DNA of 64,000 nucleotides from Lytechinus pictus (taxonomy: Eukaryota), in contig NC_087252.1 in assembly GCF_037042905.1 (NCBI RefSeq), positions 10,480,001 through 10,544,000 of the forward strand. The letters run 5' to 3'. Numbering within the stretch: the first letter of the stretch is position 1; every line of letters starts with the position of its first letter. The notes beneath the pieces are model-generated. The model saw only the letters and a list, made by a program, of their open reading frames with translations, made no database searches and was not told the DNA's origin. This document shows, one piece after another, positions 1 to 12,785 of this stretch. A program made the position numbers and the translations under genes.

Positions 1-972
1 AGGGGTTATCAATAATATTATTGAAGGCTATTATAAAAAAAAACAAGTAGTAAAAATTTAAAGAAAATACAGCACCCGCTCCCGGGGGGGGGGGGGGTAG
101 TTAAATGTATTGCTGCACACATGAGTGACCGAATTATTTCCAAACACCCCCTAAACGAAGTTTTCTATGTGTGCAAAATAATAACCCCTATTAAGTTTTT
201 CGCGGGCTTCATTTACAAATTTTGGCCCCTAAACAAGTTGTCGCCAGAATATGACCCTGGGGAAAAAACATACCCTAAATACATTTGACCCCGCGATTGA
301 CCATTAACCAGGCTTTCAACACCATCTTTTTTTTTTAACAGTGTTTTTGACACGTTTGATACCCGTAACGAGTGCAGAAAATCGCTCGCGCTTCACGCTC
401 GCATTTATTCATAAGTGATATTACATATATGGATTTTTTTTTTCTCTTCATGAACACATTAAAGGTTCTTCAATTGCCCTTTTTAAATGTGATTATGTAA
501 TAAGATGATTCAACATGCAGGCACATTTTTTTTAAATTTTTGCCTGGCGGGGAGGGAGGGGGCGCCATTTTTCGAAAAGTACACACTCGGGTGCCAAATC
601 AGGTCAAATTTGGGCCCCGGCTCCCCTACGAAATCCTGGATCCGCGCCTGCATGGATGCTGGTGCCGGTGGTGGTGGCCGGCCAGGTGATGATGATGGTA
701 TTGGCGTGATATGATCATTAATGATCAATTTTTTTGTATTAAGTAGTTTTTATTGACAACTTCAATTCATATACAAAATAAATTATATATAACAAATAGA
801 AGTTTGATGTCTTTACAAATTGATAAATACCTTGACAATTATAAATTTAACATCATTTTTTTTCTTGAATGTTACAATAAAACACAATCATGTCAGACAT
901 CTTCTCAAACATAATTATAAATAACATTGTTAATAATAATATGCATTAAGAATAAACTTCTACAATAAATTC

Positions 973-3900
973 GGTTACACTTCGTAATTCCGAAGGTTCT
1001 TTATTCCGAAGGTTCGTAATTCCGAAACACGTAAATTGCCTATACCTCGATGTTCGTTAATCCGAAAAAGAAAAAGGGTTCGTTAATCCGAACATTTGTG
1101 GCGTTATTCCGACGGTTCGTTATTCCGAAGGTTCGATAATCCGAAAACGAAATAAGGTTCGTTGTTCCGAAGGTTCGATAATCCGAAAACGAAATAAGGT
1201 TCGTTGTTCCGAAGGTTCGTTAATCCGAAAACGAAATAAGGTTCGTTGTTCCGAAGGTTCGTTAATCCGAAAACGAAATAAGGTTCGTTGTTCCGAAGGT
1301 TCGTTAATCCGAAAACGAAATAAGGTTCGTTGTTCCGAAGGTTCGTTAATCCGAAAACGAAATAAGGTTCGTTGTTCCGAAGGTTCGTTAATCCGAAAAC
1401 GAAAAACGAAATAAGGTTCGTTTTTCCGAAGGTTCGTCAATCCGAAAACGAAATAAGGTTCGTTAATCCGAAAACAAAATAAGGTTCGTTAATCCGAAAA
1501 ATGAAAACCGGGAAAGCAGAGGCAGAGGCAAGGGATGGGGGGGGGGGCGGGGGACACTGTTGCCGTTCAATTGTTATGAGGATGGGAAGGCAAGGGCGGC
1601 CGAACGAATTTTCGTTCGGGGGGTAAAGCCAAAAAATGAAACTCATAGGTCAAAATGGGCACTTTGGTGATATAATCACCTTAAGTCATTGTGTGTTTGA
1701 TAGTGATTAAGTAGAGAAAAACTTTTTTGAAGTGACTTCTTATTATGGCAAAATGTATATTTAGGCTTTATTTTTCGGGAGAGAGTATAATGAGCGAGCG
1801 GCTTGGTAAAAAATAATTTAAAGGTGAAGTTGTAAAACTCGTTTAGGGGTCAATTATTCTTAAAATGCCATTATTACGAGGTGTTGCGAGCGTAAACCAC
1901 AAGCTAAAACTTAAGGGTATTTCAATAAAAAATGAAAATAAGTTTTTAAAAATCCGAGCAGATTTCTGCTGTAATTAAAAAGATGTGCATCGAACTAGAG
2001 AATTAACACGAGCGCAAAACGCGAGCTTAAACATACTGACCAGAAAAGGAACCTGTTAAAGAAAGCATTTAGTGACCTCTTTAGGATACATATTTCTCCA
2101 ATCGAATAATTGAGAGTGCGAAGCGCAAGCTGAAAATTAGCAATATTCCAGCCTGAAAATTTAAGAGTATTTTATTTCGACAAACATGAAAAACAGCATA
2201 TTTATTTTTGAAAAAGGAACTTTCCCATTTTGGAAAAATATGCATTTCCCTGTTTTTTATTTCATTATTGGGGTGCAAGTGCCCCCTGCCTCCCTCCCAG
2301 CGGATCTAACTTTTGTCAAATAGGGGGGGGGCAAATTTTTTTTTCAGCCATATTTTCCTCGATCGGCAGCTTAAAGTAATTACGTAATAACATGATGAAC
2401 CCTTTTTAAATAATGCGAGCGCGAGCTATATTTTTTTTAAATATGATGGGCAATATGTTTGTGATCTTCAAAACGAGATGCCTATATGTAACTAGATAAT
2501 ATAAACTGCTAGCAAGAAGCGCGAACAGAAATTTGAAATATAAGCTCTGACCTGATCTAAAGGGGACATTTTAAGAACTTTTTGCAGTTAGCCATGAAGA
2601 CGATGCGTGTTTTTAAACCAGTGGCGGCGGAACGTATTTTCCTTTTTTTTTGGGGGGGGGGGCATAGCCAAAAAAGGGGCCAATAGAGGCATTTTGGTGC
2701 AAACGGATATTTTCGCCATAAGATTATCATCTGTGTAAAGAGGTTGTGTGTTTTGTAGTAATTAAGTTGAGCAAATTTTTTTAAGTGATCTCTGATTGAT
2801 AAGTTATATATTTACGTTTCATTTCTGCGAGCGTAGCGAGCAAGCGGTTTGGGGAAAAAATCAAATCTGAAGATGTAAAATTCACCTTTTTGGTCTCAAT
2901 TACTGTTAAAATGGCATCCTTGTGAGATGTTGCGAGCGGATCACGTGCTCAAACTTTTGGAAATTTCATGTAGGCCTAAAATGATAATAATGATAATAAT
3001 GATATGGATATCCAGGGAAGCCACTTCAGTTCTGAAAACTGTTCTCCCAGCTATTAGTATTATCCCGGCTTTATCTGGGCTGCCTAGGCGCCCAAAGGAA
3101 GGCATTAACGAATTTCTACCGGGTACCCATTCACCTCACCTGGGTTGAGTGCAGCACAGTGTGAATAATTTCTTGCTGAAGGAAATAATGCCATGACTTG
3201 GATTCGAACCTACGACCCTCTGCCTTAAAGTCAGAAGACTTATCCACTGGGCCAAAACGCCCCACATAAAAAGTAAACGTTCCGATTTTATTTCGTAAAC
3301 ATGAAAAAAGGATGTGAATTTAACTAAAGAATCAAACGCGAGCGCGAAGCGCGAGCTGAAATTTTTCATATACTGACCAGGAGAGGAACCTTTTGCATTT
3401 GGTGACTCATGAATGGGATATGTGCTAGGCCTACATATCTCACCAATCGATTAATGCAAGCGCGAAGCTCGAGCTGAAAATTTGTGATATTCTATCCATG
3501 AAACTGGACATTCTAGGAATTTTATTTCACCAGGATCAGAATGACTACCTTAATGAGCAATAATTAGTGCGAGCGCAAAACACGAACCAAAAATGTGTGA
3601 TATTCCAACCTTAAAAGTGGACATTCTATGCATGTGGATACTTGCCCCAAAAAATCCCGTCGGAAAAAGTGACATTTTTCAAAATGGAATACCCTTTTGG
3701 GCTCGCGCTTATTAGCACTTGCATCAATTTTTTTTTTTTACAAGAATGCTTAGAATGTCCAGTTTTCAGGTTGGAAAATCGGAAAAATTTGGCTCACGTT
3801 TCTCGCTCGCATCAAGTATTGTTTATTGAGGAACTCATTCTATTCCTGGTTACAAAAAAAATGTATAAAATGTCCAGTTTTCAGGTTGGAATATCACATT

Positions 3901-4727
3901 AAATATCACATATCATTATTAAAAATGACATCCCCTCCAATAAAAATCCTATTATCTGGAGGTTACTCGCACGCGACCAACAAACTTAATCCCCTGCATG
4001 GCTGCATCCTTAAACCATTTGCTAAAGGCAGCAATTGCTCAGATAAAATCGAAATTAGCCTATGCTTGATCCGGGCGCCTATTCTTAATAAAATACATGC
4101 TTTTGGCCACAACACACGCAAGTATCATCGATCGTTATTACTATCATTGCATAATATCGTGTTATCTTGTAATGACAACACCGTGTTTGTTACCAAAATG
4201 AATAATTTTCATTTTCGGAAATACGAACCTTATTTAATTTTCGGATTAACGAACCTTATTTCGTTTTCGGATTAACGAACCTTCGGAATTACGAACCTTA
4301 TTTCGTTTTCGGATTAACGAACCTTCGGAATTACGAACCTTATTTCGTTTTCGGATTGACGAACCTTCGGAATTACGAACCTTCGAAATTACGAACCTTC
4401 GGAAATACGAACCTTCGGATTAACCGAACCTTCGGAATTACGAAGCTTCGGAATTACGAATGTATGCGATAAAGGTTACATATTGATTTTTTTTTTAGTG
4501 TCAAATACACAAAAATAAATCATTAATAAAACCTAACGAATTCGGAATTACGAACCTTATTTCGTTTTCGGATTGACGAACCTTCGGAATTATGAACCTT
4601 ATTTCGTTTTCGGATTAACGAACCTTCGGAATTACGAACCTTCGAAATTACGAACCTTCGGAAATACGAACCTTCGGATTAACCGAACCTTCGGAATTAC
4701 GAAGCTTCGGAATTACGAATGTATGCG
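973..4727. mobile_element. Foldback-type non-autonomous element whose inverted arms are tandem arrays (16-bp and 42-bp units)
   Basis: Left arm 973-1505 (ttccgaaggttcgttaatccgaaaacgaaataaggttcgttg, ~6.5 copies) is the reverse complement of the right arm 4200-4727 (gaaccttcggaattac units). No clean TSD found. Confidence 0.75.
3010..3263 (-). mobile_element. tRNA-derived SINE
   Basis: Reverse strand has an A-box (tggcccagtgg) and B-box (ggttcgaatcc), then a body with cactcaacccaggtg...gggtacc. Related copies at ~63490-63680 and ~63820-63905. Confidence 0.75.
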
Positions 4728-4893
4728 ATAAAGGTTACATATTGATTTTTTTTTTAGTGTCAAATACACAAAAATAAATCATTAATAAAACCTAACGAAT
4801 TGAAGCCATCAGCATATTTTTTTATATAAAACCCATTGCCTCGGCCTCTTCACTCAAATAAAATCAATCTCAACAACAAACTGAGCCCTGGAC

Positions 4894-7149
4894 CAGCGGC
4901 GTAACAGGGGTCGGTGGCCAGGGGGGGGGGGGGGGGGGGCAAGAGCCAAAAATTTCCCGGTCATATCTTGGTATGAACAGGCGTAATGGAGTAATGAGGC
5001 GACTATTTTGAGAAGGCCAGATATTGCTTATAAGGTAGAATTTATCTTTTTAAAAAAGTTGCGAGCGAGCCAAAATTTTGACCTTTTTAATACAAAAATC
5101 CAATTTTATGATAGACTCTGACATGATATCCAGAGAATATATATTTCACTCTTCTCTCTTTAGATTCATTTTTTGTGGTCTGTACGCCACTGTGAACAGG
5201 ATTCTTTGCGGCAGTAGCGTGAAGAGTAAAAAAAACGATGGGCGCAGTATAGCACATGTGCTAAAAAGCTGATTTATATAAGTCCCGAGCGAGCGAAGCG
5301 AGCGAGAAAAAAAATCACCTTTTCATGATCGAGAATCTAACTTTGAGCTATTCTTTGACATTATATTCAGTAAATAAAATTATATCCTACACTTTTCCTT
5401 TCTTTTCTTTCCTCCTTTTTTTTTGTTCTTGTTTGTTGAACTTTTTTGGGCCATGCATGGCCCAACCCTTCCATACGCTGTGCTGTGCGGTTGGGGTCCG
5501 GGGCAGAGCCCCCGGAACTTCTTGATATCAAAGCCATTTTAACCTCGCAGATTGCCGCTCTTTTAATCAAATCGCGGGCATATACAGAATATAGCTTTTA
5601 CACAACACTTTTATTCAACCCAGTTGCGTAATGAACCAAATATTTTGAGGGGGCAAAACATAGCAATGTGGGAAAAATTTGTAAGAAGTCGCAAGCGTGT
5701 AAAGCGAGCTGGAAAAAAAATTGCCTTTTGAAATTAAATTCTAATTATGTGATAGATTTTTCCATTGTTTTCAGCAAATATATATATATATATCTTTCCC
5801 AAAAAATGGCAGTGCGAGCAATTACATTTAGTCACTGGCAAGCTCATTCTCGCCCTTTATTTAATGATTTAAAAATTCGTAATGTTTATGATTTGCATAA
5901 TCTATCAGTATGTACCTTCATGTATGATCTGCGTAATAATAACCTACCTCACTCCTTAGCAGATTATTGTAACCTAATTGAGCACAATTATCCTACTAGA
6001 CAGAAGAAAGGCCAACAAGTAAATCTTCCAAAACTAAAAACAACTCAAGGCCAATTTTCACTTTCTTTTCTAGGTAGCAATTTCTGGAATAAAGTACCAG
6101 TCGAAATCAAATTGAAGAAATCAAGAAAAAGTCTTAGGAATTCTCTAAAAAGTTATTTGTCTTCATAAATTCACACCATCAACGTGTAAGTCTACAGTAG
6201 ATAATTAATACAATTAAGATACTTCAAAATATGTTGATGATAACCCTTTACAAGGAATATATTGTAATTTAATTTTTTTTTTTTTTTCCTTCTTAAATGT
6301 GCATTTTGTAATATTTGTGGGGCCAGGCTCGATTAGCACTTGTGCTATTTTCTGGTCCCATTTACCATTGTATTTTTATACATGTGTAACTGTTATGCAA
6401 TTTGTTTTATAACCTGTAAACATGTGAATATTGTTGGTAAATAAATAAATCAAATAAAAAATAACACGTTTCATTGTTCCATTCATTTCATTATACGTTG
6501 TCTCCTATAATTTCTTTTATTTCCTATTGGGTGTGGAACCAAGACCGCGCCTGTATGCCAGTGATTGAACGGGGCGTTATAGAGCCATTTGAAAGTTATA
6601 AGTGAAGAGCCCTTACTGAGTGGGGTCTGGGGCAAAGCCCCGGTAGCTTATTTGCATAAAATTTAGCAAGCTTATAGCAAAATGTTGTATGCAGACCATC
6701 TTTATTCCCGCTCTTTAATTTCAATCATCGGCAGCCCGGTCGTGTTATTATTTTTTTCCTTGTCCCTTTTCTTTATTTTCCAATTTAGCTTTTGACTAAT
6801 TACATTCTACATTCGTTTCCCGCTATTGTTTGCCATTTTGTCATCTTTTACTTTATTTCCCACCATGCTATTGCATTACATAGGCTTATTTCGGAATGAT
6901 TTGTTCTTTCTCAAATGTTCTTATTTCGTACATTTTCCCGCTTTCCTTCCTTTTCCATTTAAAAAAAGTTTTTTCTTCGTTTTCTTTTCACTTTCCCTTT
7001 CCTTTTCCTCCTTTCCTTTTCCCTTTTCCTTCCCCTTTCCCTTTCTTTCTCCCTCCCTTTTTTATTTTTCCCGTTTTTCTTTTATTTTCCCGGTGAAATC
7101 CGCCAGGGGGGCAACTTGCCCCCCCTGCCCCCCGCCTGTTACGCAACTG
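4894..7149. mobile_element. Non-autonomous hAT-like DNA transposon
   Basis: TIRs CAGCGGCGTAACAGG / CCTGTTACGCAACTG; perfect 8-bp TSD CCCTGGAC at 4886-4893 and 7150-7157. Confidence 0.85.
5793..6463 (+). mobile_element. 3' fragment of an L2/Crack (CR1-group) LINE nested in the hAT element
   Basis: ORF 5668-6168 reads QKMAVRAITFS..HSRPLF..HNYPTR..FSLSFLGSNFWNKVP, a typical post-RT tail, followed by a UTR and an (AATA)n/A-rich end. Confidence 0.8.
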
Positions 7150-8634
7150 CCCTGGACCCTACCCCCCTCCCCCGACCCTCCCTAAAACACCCCATCCCCT
7201 ATCCGGTGGAGAGCTGGCTCTGGGCTCCAATAAATGGTCTAATAATTAAGTTTTCCCATTTAGAGAAATGGATTGTAAGAGTCCCCCTCTTTGTTGCTAA
7301 ATTATTTTCTTCTCTTTGATCCCCCTAATACTATTTTTTATTTCATTCAATGAAAGAGGTTTTTTTAATTTTCGGTTTTTGTAAATAAGATATTTAACTA
7401 AAATCAAAACATGATTAATTAATTGATATTTACCTTTACTTTTCTCCTGCTTCCCGAAAAGAATTTCCTGCCAACTAAATTTATTCATTTCAAAATTTGA
7501 ACTTCTTGCACACAGATCCCAAAGTGAATGTGAAAATTCACAAGTATAAAATAGATGTTCATACGTTTCTTCTTCCTTTTCACAAAATGAGCATAAATTG
7601 GTCGAAACAAGACCAAAACGGAAAAGGTGGTGGTTATAGTGTATACAATATTATGCAAGAGTTTATACTGAAACTCCCTTAATCGACTATTCAGTGTGCA
7701 ATATCTTAGTCTTAAAAATATACTTTCTACTTCCTTATTGGTAAGATCATAATTCGTTCTAATTTTGTCGAAAATAGAAGGTTTAATGTCATTTTTATTC
7801 AACAGCTGTTCGTATATTTCTTTTGATTTTAAAAGCATTAAATTAGTTGTTTTCTTACCCAAATTGAAATCGATTCCAGAGTTATGCTTAAAGCATTTAT
7901 TTCGATATTGTTCTTCCAACTAACGGGTAAACAGGCATATATATGCTTGATTTTTTCAACATCATTTGCATCTAAATTCAAATTAAGAAAATGTGTATCA
8001 CATTTTAGTTTACCATTATTATCCAAAATATGATGCAATTTATAAACCTCTTTATCGTATAGAATCATATCAAATATACAACTCCCTTTTTATCGAATAA
8101 GCTTATTATTAAAAATCACCACTTTCCCAAACTCTGTACTTCTAATATGTCTTATATTTACCCACTCTTCTAATAAGTCCATGTAATTTGGAAGCTGTTA
8201 CTTTCAATAAACCTGGTATATAGTCACATGAAAATATCAAATCTCCACCCAAATGTTTAGTGGCAAAATTAAAGTAGGCCTACTGTTTCCCGTTTCATAT
8301 CTTCATCTTTATTTAAAAGTCTTTTAATCCACATTATTCGCTGTGCCTTTACCTGCACAGGGAAGTTTAACATCTTTAATCCTCCTTGCTTATAGTCTAA
8401 AAACATTGTATTCCTCTTAATTTTGTCTTTCTTACCTTTCCATAAGAAATCAAAAGTTAATTCATCCAATGATTCATAAACCCACTTAGGAACAGGAGTA
8501 AGAGACGCTCGATAGAGGACTTTAGAATAGATATGCACCTTTAATAGTTGAATCTTCCCCATTTATAAGCGTTATGTCCCTTATTAGCTTCCAAAAGTTC
8601 AAGAGTGTTTTAATTTTGCTTAAGATTTCTTTCA

Positions 8635-8731
8635 TCATGCATGATGATGATGATCGATGATTATATGCATGTTGCTGCTGATCAATTTGATGATGATGAT
8701 ATGATGATGATGATGATGCAGATGATTGTGT

Positions 8732-8766
<35 letters not shown>

Positions 8767-8870
8767 CATGATGACCGGGGAATAATGATGATGATGATTA
8801 TGATGATGATGGTGATGAGGATGATGAGGATGATCATGATGATGATGATGATGATGGTGGTGATGGTAAT
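8635..8870. repeat. (ATG/GAT)n microsatellite
   Basis: Direct inspection; explains the poly-Met and poly-His ORFs. Confidence 0.95.
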
Positions 8871-8949
8871 TGATCAAGTGTCTCTTTTCTGTGTGTTCTT
8901 CGAGAGAGCAGTGCATGGACACCCGGAAAAAAAGTCCTTGGAAAATGAT

Positions 8950-9339
8950 TAATGACGTCGTCGAAATGAGAATAGCAAAATCTTACGCGAGAATATCGAA
9001 TTCGAGTGCGAGAGGTTATCGATCGCGAATCCACGGCATGCACAAAATGACGAAATTGTGCTTTATTGGTAAGAAAATAGCACATTTGTATTCCTTTTCT
9101 GTTCAATAATGAATAGGCCATATCCCATTTTGATTTTTTTTCTAAATATAAATGAGTGAACAGATTTAATAAATTGTACTATTGTGATGAATGATTTTAT
9201 TTCTTTTCATTAATCGGTGAATCCCGCGGTAGTGCGTGTGTTATTTGCATAATGTGGCCCCACATATAGGGATTCGTGCTGTAAAATTCGCCTTCAAAGA
9301 CAAAGTGTCTGTTCGCGTTCCTTTCTTTGCTTTGTAAGT
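8950..9339 (+). promoter_or_regulatory. Probable promoter and non-coding first exon of the zinc-finger gene
   Basis: Local CpG enrichment, a TCTCGCGAGA-like motif at ~8981, octamer ATTTGCAT at 9243, and a GTAAGT donor at 9334. The TSS is not determinable. Confidence 0.45.
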
Positions 9340-10962
9340 GCGATTTGTGAATTAAGTTGAATGTCTGAACACATAATGGCCGTGTAGTGATTTAGGAAAC
9401 CATTGGTTCATCTGAAGAAGCTCAATTTTAGATCTAGGCCCTACATGAATTTAATGAAAGCAGATTTTTTTTTCTTCAAAATTCATGAATTACAAAAAAA
9501 AAGAAAAAAAGTGTTGACTGTTGACAGTGTTGTCATGCATGATGATAGACCAAAAGCTTTGGTCACTCTCTGTTTATTGGTGGTTCCGCTAAACTCCGTT
9601 GGCTCCACTCACCAGTTACAGAGACCGAAGTTCTAACTCGATCTGTAAAGCCTAACTAAGTACAGGCACTTATGACATTTTTATGTAGGCCCTAGGCCTA
9701 GGCCTAATATGTGTACGAGGAGAGATTAAAAAAAAAATTAAAAATGTTAAAAAAAGTCCTCAAAACAGACGGCTGCCAGCTGTCTAGCATGATTAGCCAG
9801 AAGGCTTCTCGAGAGTAAAAATCATTTACTAAGGTATGCTTACTCCCCACGGAGAGTAACCTTGTTCATTGAATGAGTGCACGGAGCCAGGTATTCCATC
9901 CCATTCATCTGTGTGTACCGCCGAAAAACCTGAAACTTTCGCCCCCAAGATTTCTACTTTCCTTCTAAAAGATCTAGTCCTAAATCATGTATGTAAATGG
10001 GATACAACTTAATTTCTGACATTTCTACACTATCAATTTCATTTTTAAACAAGAATTCATAAAAAAATGAGAAAAATATGAAAAGACTGGAGAGACTTGC
10101 CCGATGTTTATGCTGCCATCTTGCTTCTCATTGTTCTTCGCCAACGTTACGGACGCATGCGTCCGTAACATTGGCAATGATTTTAGTTGTAAAATATCCT
10201 TTTTTGTGTTATGTTATTTTCAGATTTCTTCAGTTTTATGATGATTACGAGTAATTATTAAAGCAATAATTTAATGAGCAAAAGCCAAAGTTTGAGATGA
10301 TTTCCAAAATTACAATAAAATTGCTCATATTTTAATTATCAGGATCACACGCTACCTATGACAGGTATGAAAATACATGCAGTTCTCACTTTTATTGGAA
10401 ATCAACTACTTACACTTCATTTGAAAAATTAAGGAATCCTGCATTATACATTGAGAAAGAGACAAATAAAATATATTTTTATGGAGGGATTAATACCAAA
10501 CAAATATTAAAGAAAATTAGATTGAAGTGCATGTGTAAAAATACAAATGTATTTATACACTTTCCTCTTATTCTCTTTCTGACCTAGTTTTTTAGATTGT
10601 TAAATGATGGTTAGAGAAAATAGAGAAAATTAGAATAAAGCATATGACCCATTTTCCTCTTATTCTCGTTCCACCTAGTTTCCAGATTGTTACATGATGG
10701 TAATAAAGAAAAGAGAAATTTATTTATAAAGAAAATTAGATTGAAGTAAAAAAATAGGCCTACTGATGAAACACACTTTCCTCTCTGATAGTTTCTCTCC
10801 GACCTAGTTTTCAGATTGTTGATGTTTAGACAACACGCAAATTAGATTGAAGTATGAAAACAAATGTAAAATAATTTCTTTTCATTGTCTTTCCTGTCTA
10901 GTTTTTCAGATTGTTAGATGATGGTTGAGGAGCGCTCCATGAAGTGAATACTTCTCAGTGAG

Positions 10963-10992
10963 ATGGAGCAGGACGCCCCATCAAATCTACTG
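10963..10992 (+). CDS. Zinc-finger gene coding exon 1 (MEQDAPSNLL)
   Basis: ATG at 10963 in gagATGg context; GTAAGT donor at 10993; phase 0 matches the next exon. Confidence 0.65.
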
Positions 10993-12494
10993 GTAAGTCG
11001 TAAAATCTAGCATTAGTTTTGGTAAATTCTTCAAAAGTGCACATATCTGTCCTATTATTAGGATTATTTATATGTACCGTAAATTACCGTGTATACGGCG
11101 CACATTTTTTCATGCTGGAAAGGGTAAAAAAACATGGTGCGCCTTATAAACAGAAACAAGAAATGTTTCCCGGTATGTGCCCTAAAATGGTTTTGATGTG
11201 AAGGATATGAAATAGAAGTGTAACATTTGATAACTTTACACTTGCATACATGTACAGCTTGTAATATCACCTAAGTAGCATATTTGCATGTTATAAAAAT
11301 TCCATAATTTTGTCAGTAGCTTTCTTATACTAAATTCTCCAAAAGTGCATATCTCTGTCCTATTCATTAGGATTATGAATGTGCCCTAAAATGGTTTTGA
11401 TGTTAAGGATATAGAAATGTGTTAAATTTGAATACACTTGCATGTGTACAACGTACACCTAGATAGAATATTTGCATGTTTTTGTCATGTTTATAAAACA
11501 GATGAAATTTTCAGAGTATTATCTTTCTAAAGTACAATGTATGTTTTCATAGGGCTATTTTAAATTGAAAAACAAAAGCATTATATATGATAGAGGGCGT
11601 AAGACAGAATTGAAAGTCTAACAGAGCCTTTAAAAAATGTCAAATTTGAATTTGAACAGCTGAAAAAACATTAAAGGGATGCTCCAGGCTGAACATAATA
11701 TGATTTAAACAGATTAAGAAAAATCAGACAAACAAAACACTGAAAATTTGATCAAAATCAGACAACGAATTATTATTTTAAAGATTTGCATTACTCCGGT
11801 GAAACAGTTCGAGGCTTGTCTTCATGAATATGCAATGAGCAAATTGATGATGTTATATCCCTACTTGTTCTTTTGTATTTTATTATATGAAACTAGGTTT
11901 ATTCAAATATTTTCTACCAAGAACAAAAAAAAATTGGATTGACAACTGTATTCATTGCTGCAACTTATTTCATTACAGAGGAGATACATTATTCACATAT
12001 GAAAAATGAAACAATTATGATTATCATTTTGGTCGCCGTCAGTGTTTTTGTTCTTACCGGTACTTTGGTGGTCGCCACTAGTCGAGCTCAAATTCATTTG
12101 TTTAGCCCTCACTACAAGCAGTACATGTCGGCTGTGTGAAAGTAACTTTGATTTTGACATGACACTTTTTATTTGATTCTGAAACATACATACATATAAA
12201 TTTGTATTCCAAGCCATTACATGTCCAGGGGGGTGTTTCACAAAGATTTTAGTATGACATAGAGTCGCACTTAAATGTCTAGTTGCGTGTGGTATAAAAG
12301 GCATGACTGCATTGGTCAGAGTATGTGAATACATGTAGGACGCGCACTACTGTGTATTGATGATCAATAAGATTGCACGGTGCATATTATGTACACGACT
12401 CTATAAATTCATACTTGAATATTTGTGAAACACCCCCATGTTATTCTTATCTTTTGCCCATGAATGTCAATTCTCTCACAAATTTTCATAGTTC

Positions 12495-12752
12495 TGGTGT
12501 GTTGGCTTAGTTGGTAGAGCATCCGTCTCACAACTGGTAGGTCAGGGGTTCAAGTCCCGGCTGCATCATACCAAAAGGCATTAAAAGATGGGAGTTGCTG
12601 CTACCATGTTTGGCGTTCGACAATGCAATGGATAGAGCTATGTCGATCTGGCACTGCACAGTGGCTGCCAGGGCCCCACAATCAATTGGGCAAAAATAAT
12701 TTTTGGAGTATTTCTATTTTAGATTTCATTTGGAACAATAAAATATGGATTT
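12495..12752 (+). mobile_element. tRNA-derived SINE
   Basis: A-box tggcttagttgg and B-box ggttcaagtcc, then a non-tRNA body ending near aataaa; no intact cloverleaf. Confidence 0.7.
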
Positions 12753-12785
12753 TCCTTACCGTACTTTCCATCTTTCCAACTCCAG

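Larger units (their letters stand above)
728..8634 (-). mobile_element. 5'-truncated L1/Tx1-type LINE; ORF2 C-terminal fragments at ~7230-8634, with the probable 3' UTR and poly(A) split by later insertions
   Basis: Frameshifted minus-strand ORFs 8269-8562 (FDFLWKGKKDKIKR...KQGGLKM...RIMWIKRLL), 7485-7919 (LREFQYKLLHNIVYT) and 7297-7488 are typical post-RT L1/Tx1 ORF2. The T-run at ~729-737 and TTTATT at ~749 fit a reverse-strand tail. Extension of the element to 728 is inferred. Confidence 0.7.

Noticed and set aside
1120..1440. ORF with a 14-aa repeat; superficially CRISPR-like periodicity
   Set aside because: Translation of a 42-bp tandem repeat in a transposon arm; no unique spacers, no cas genes, eukaryotic DNA.
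8635..8952. Poly-His and poly-Met ORFs (also at 22182-22471 and 55093-55624)
   Set aside because: Trinucleotide microsatellite artefacts.
12495..12570. tRNA-like sequence (also ~3190-3263 and ~63610-63680)
   Set aside because: A/B boxes are present but the stems are degenerate and run into SINE bodies; not tRNA genes.
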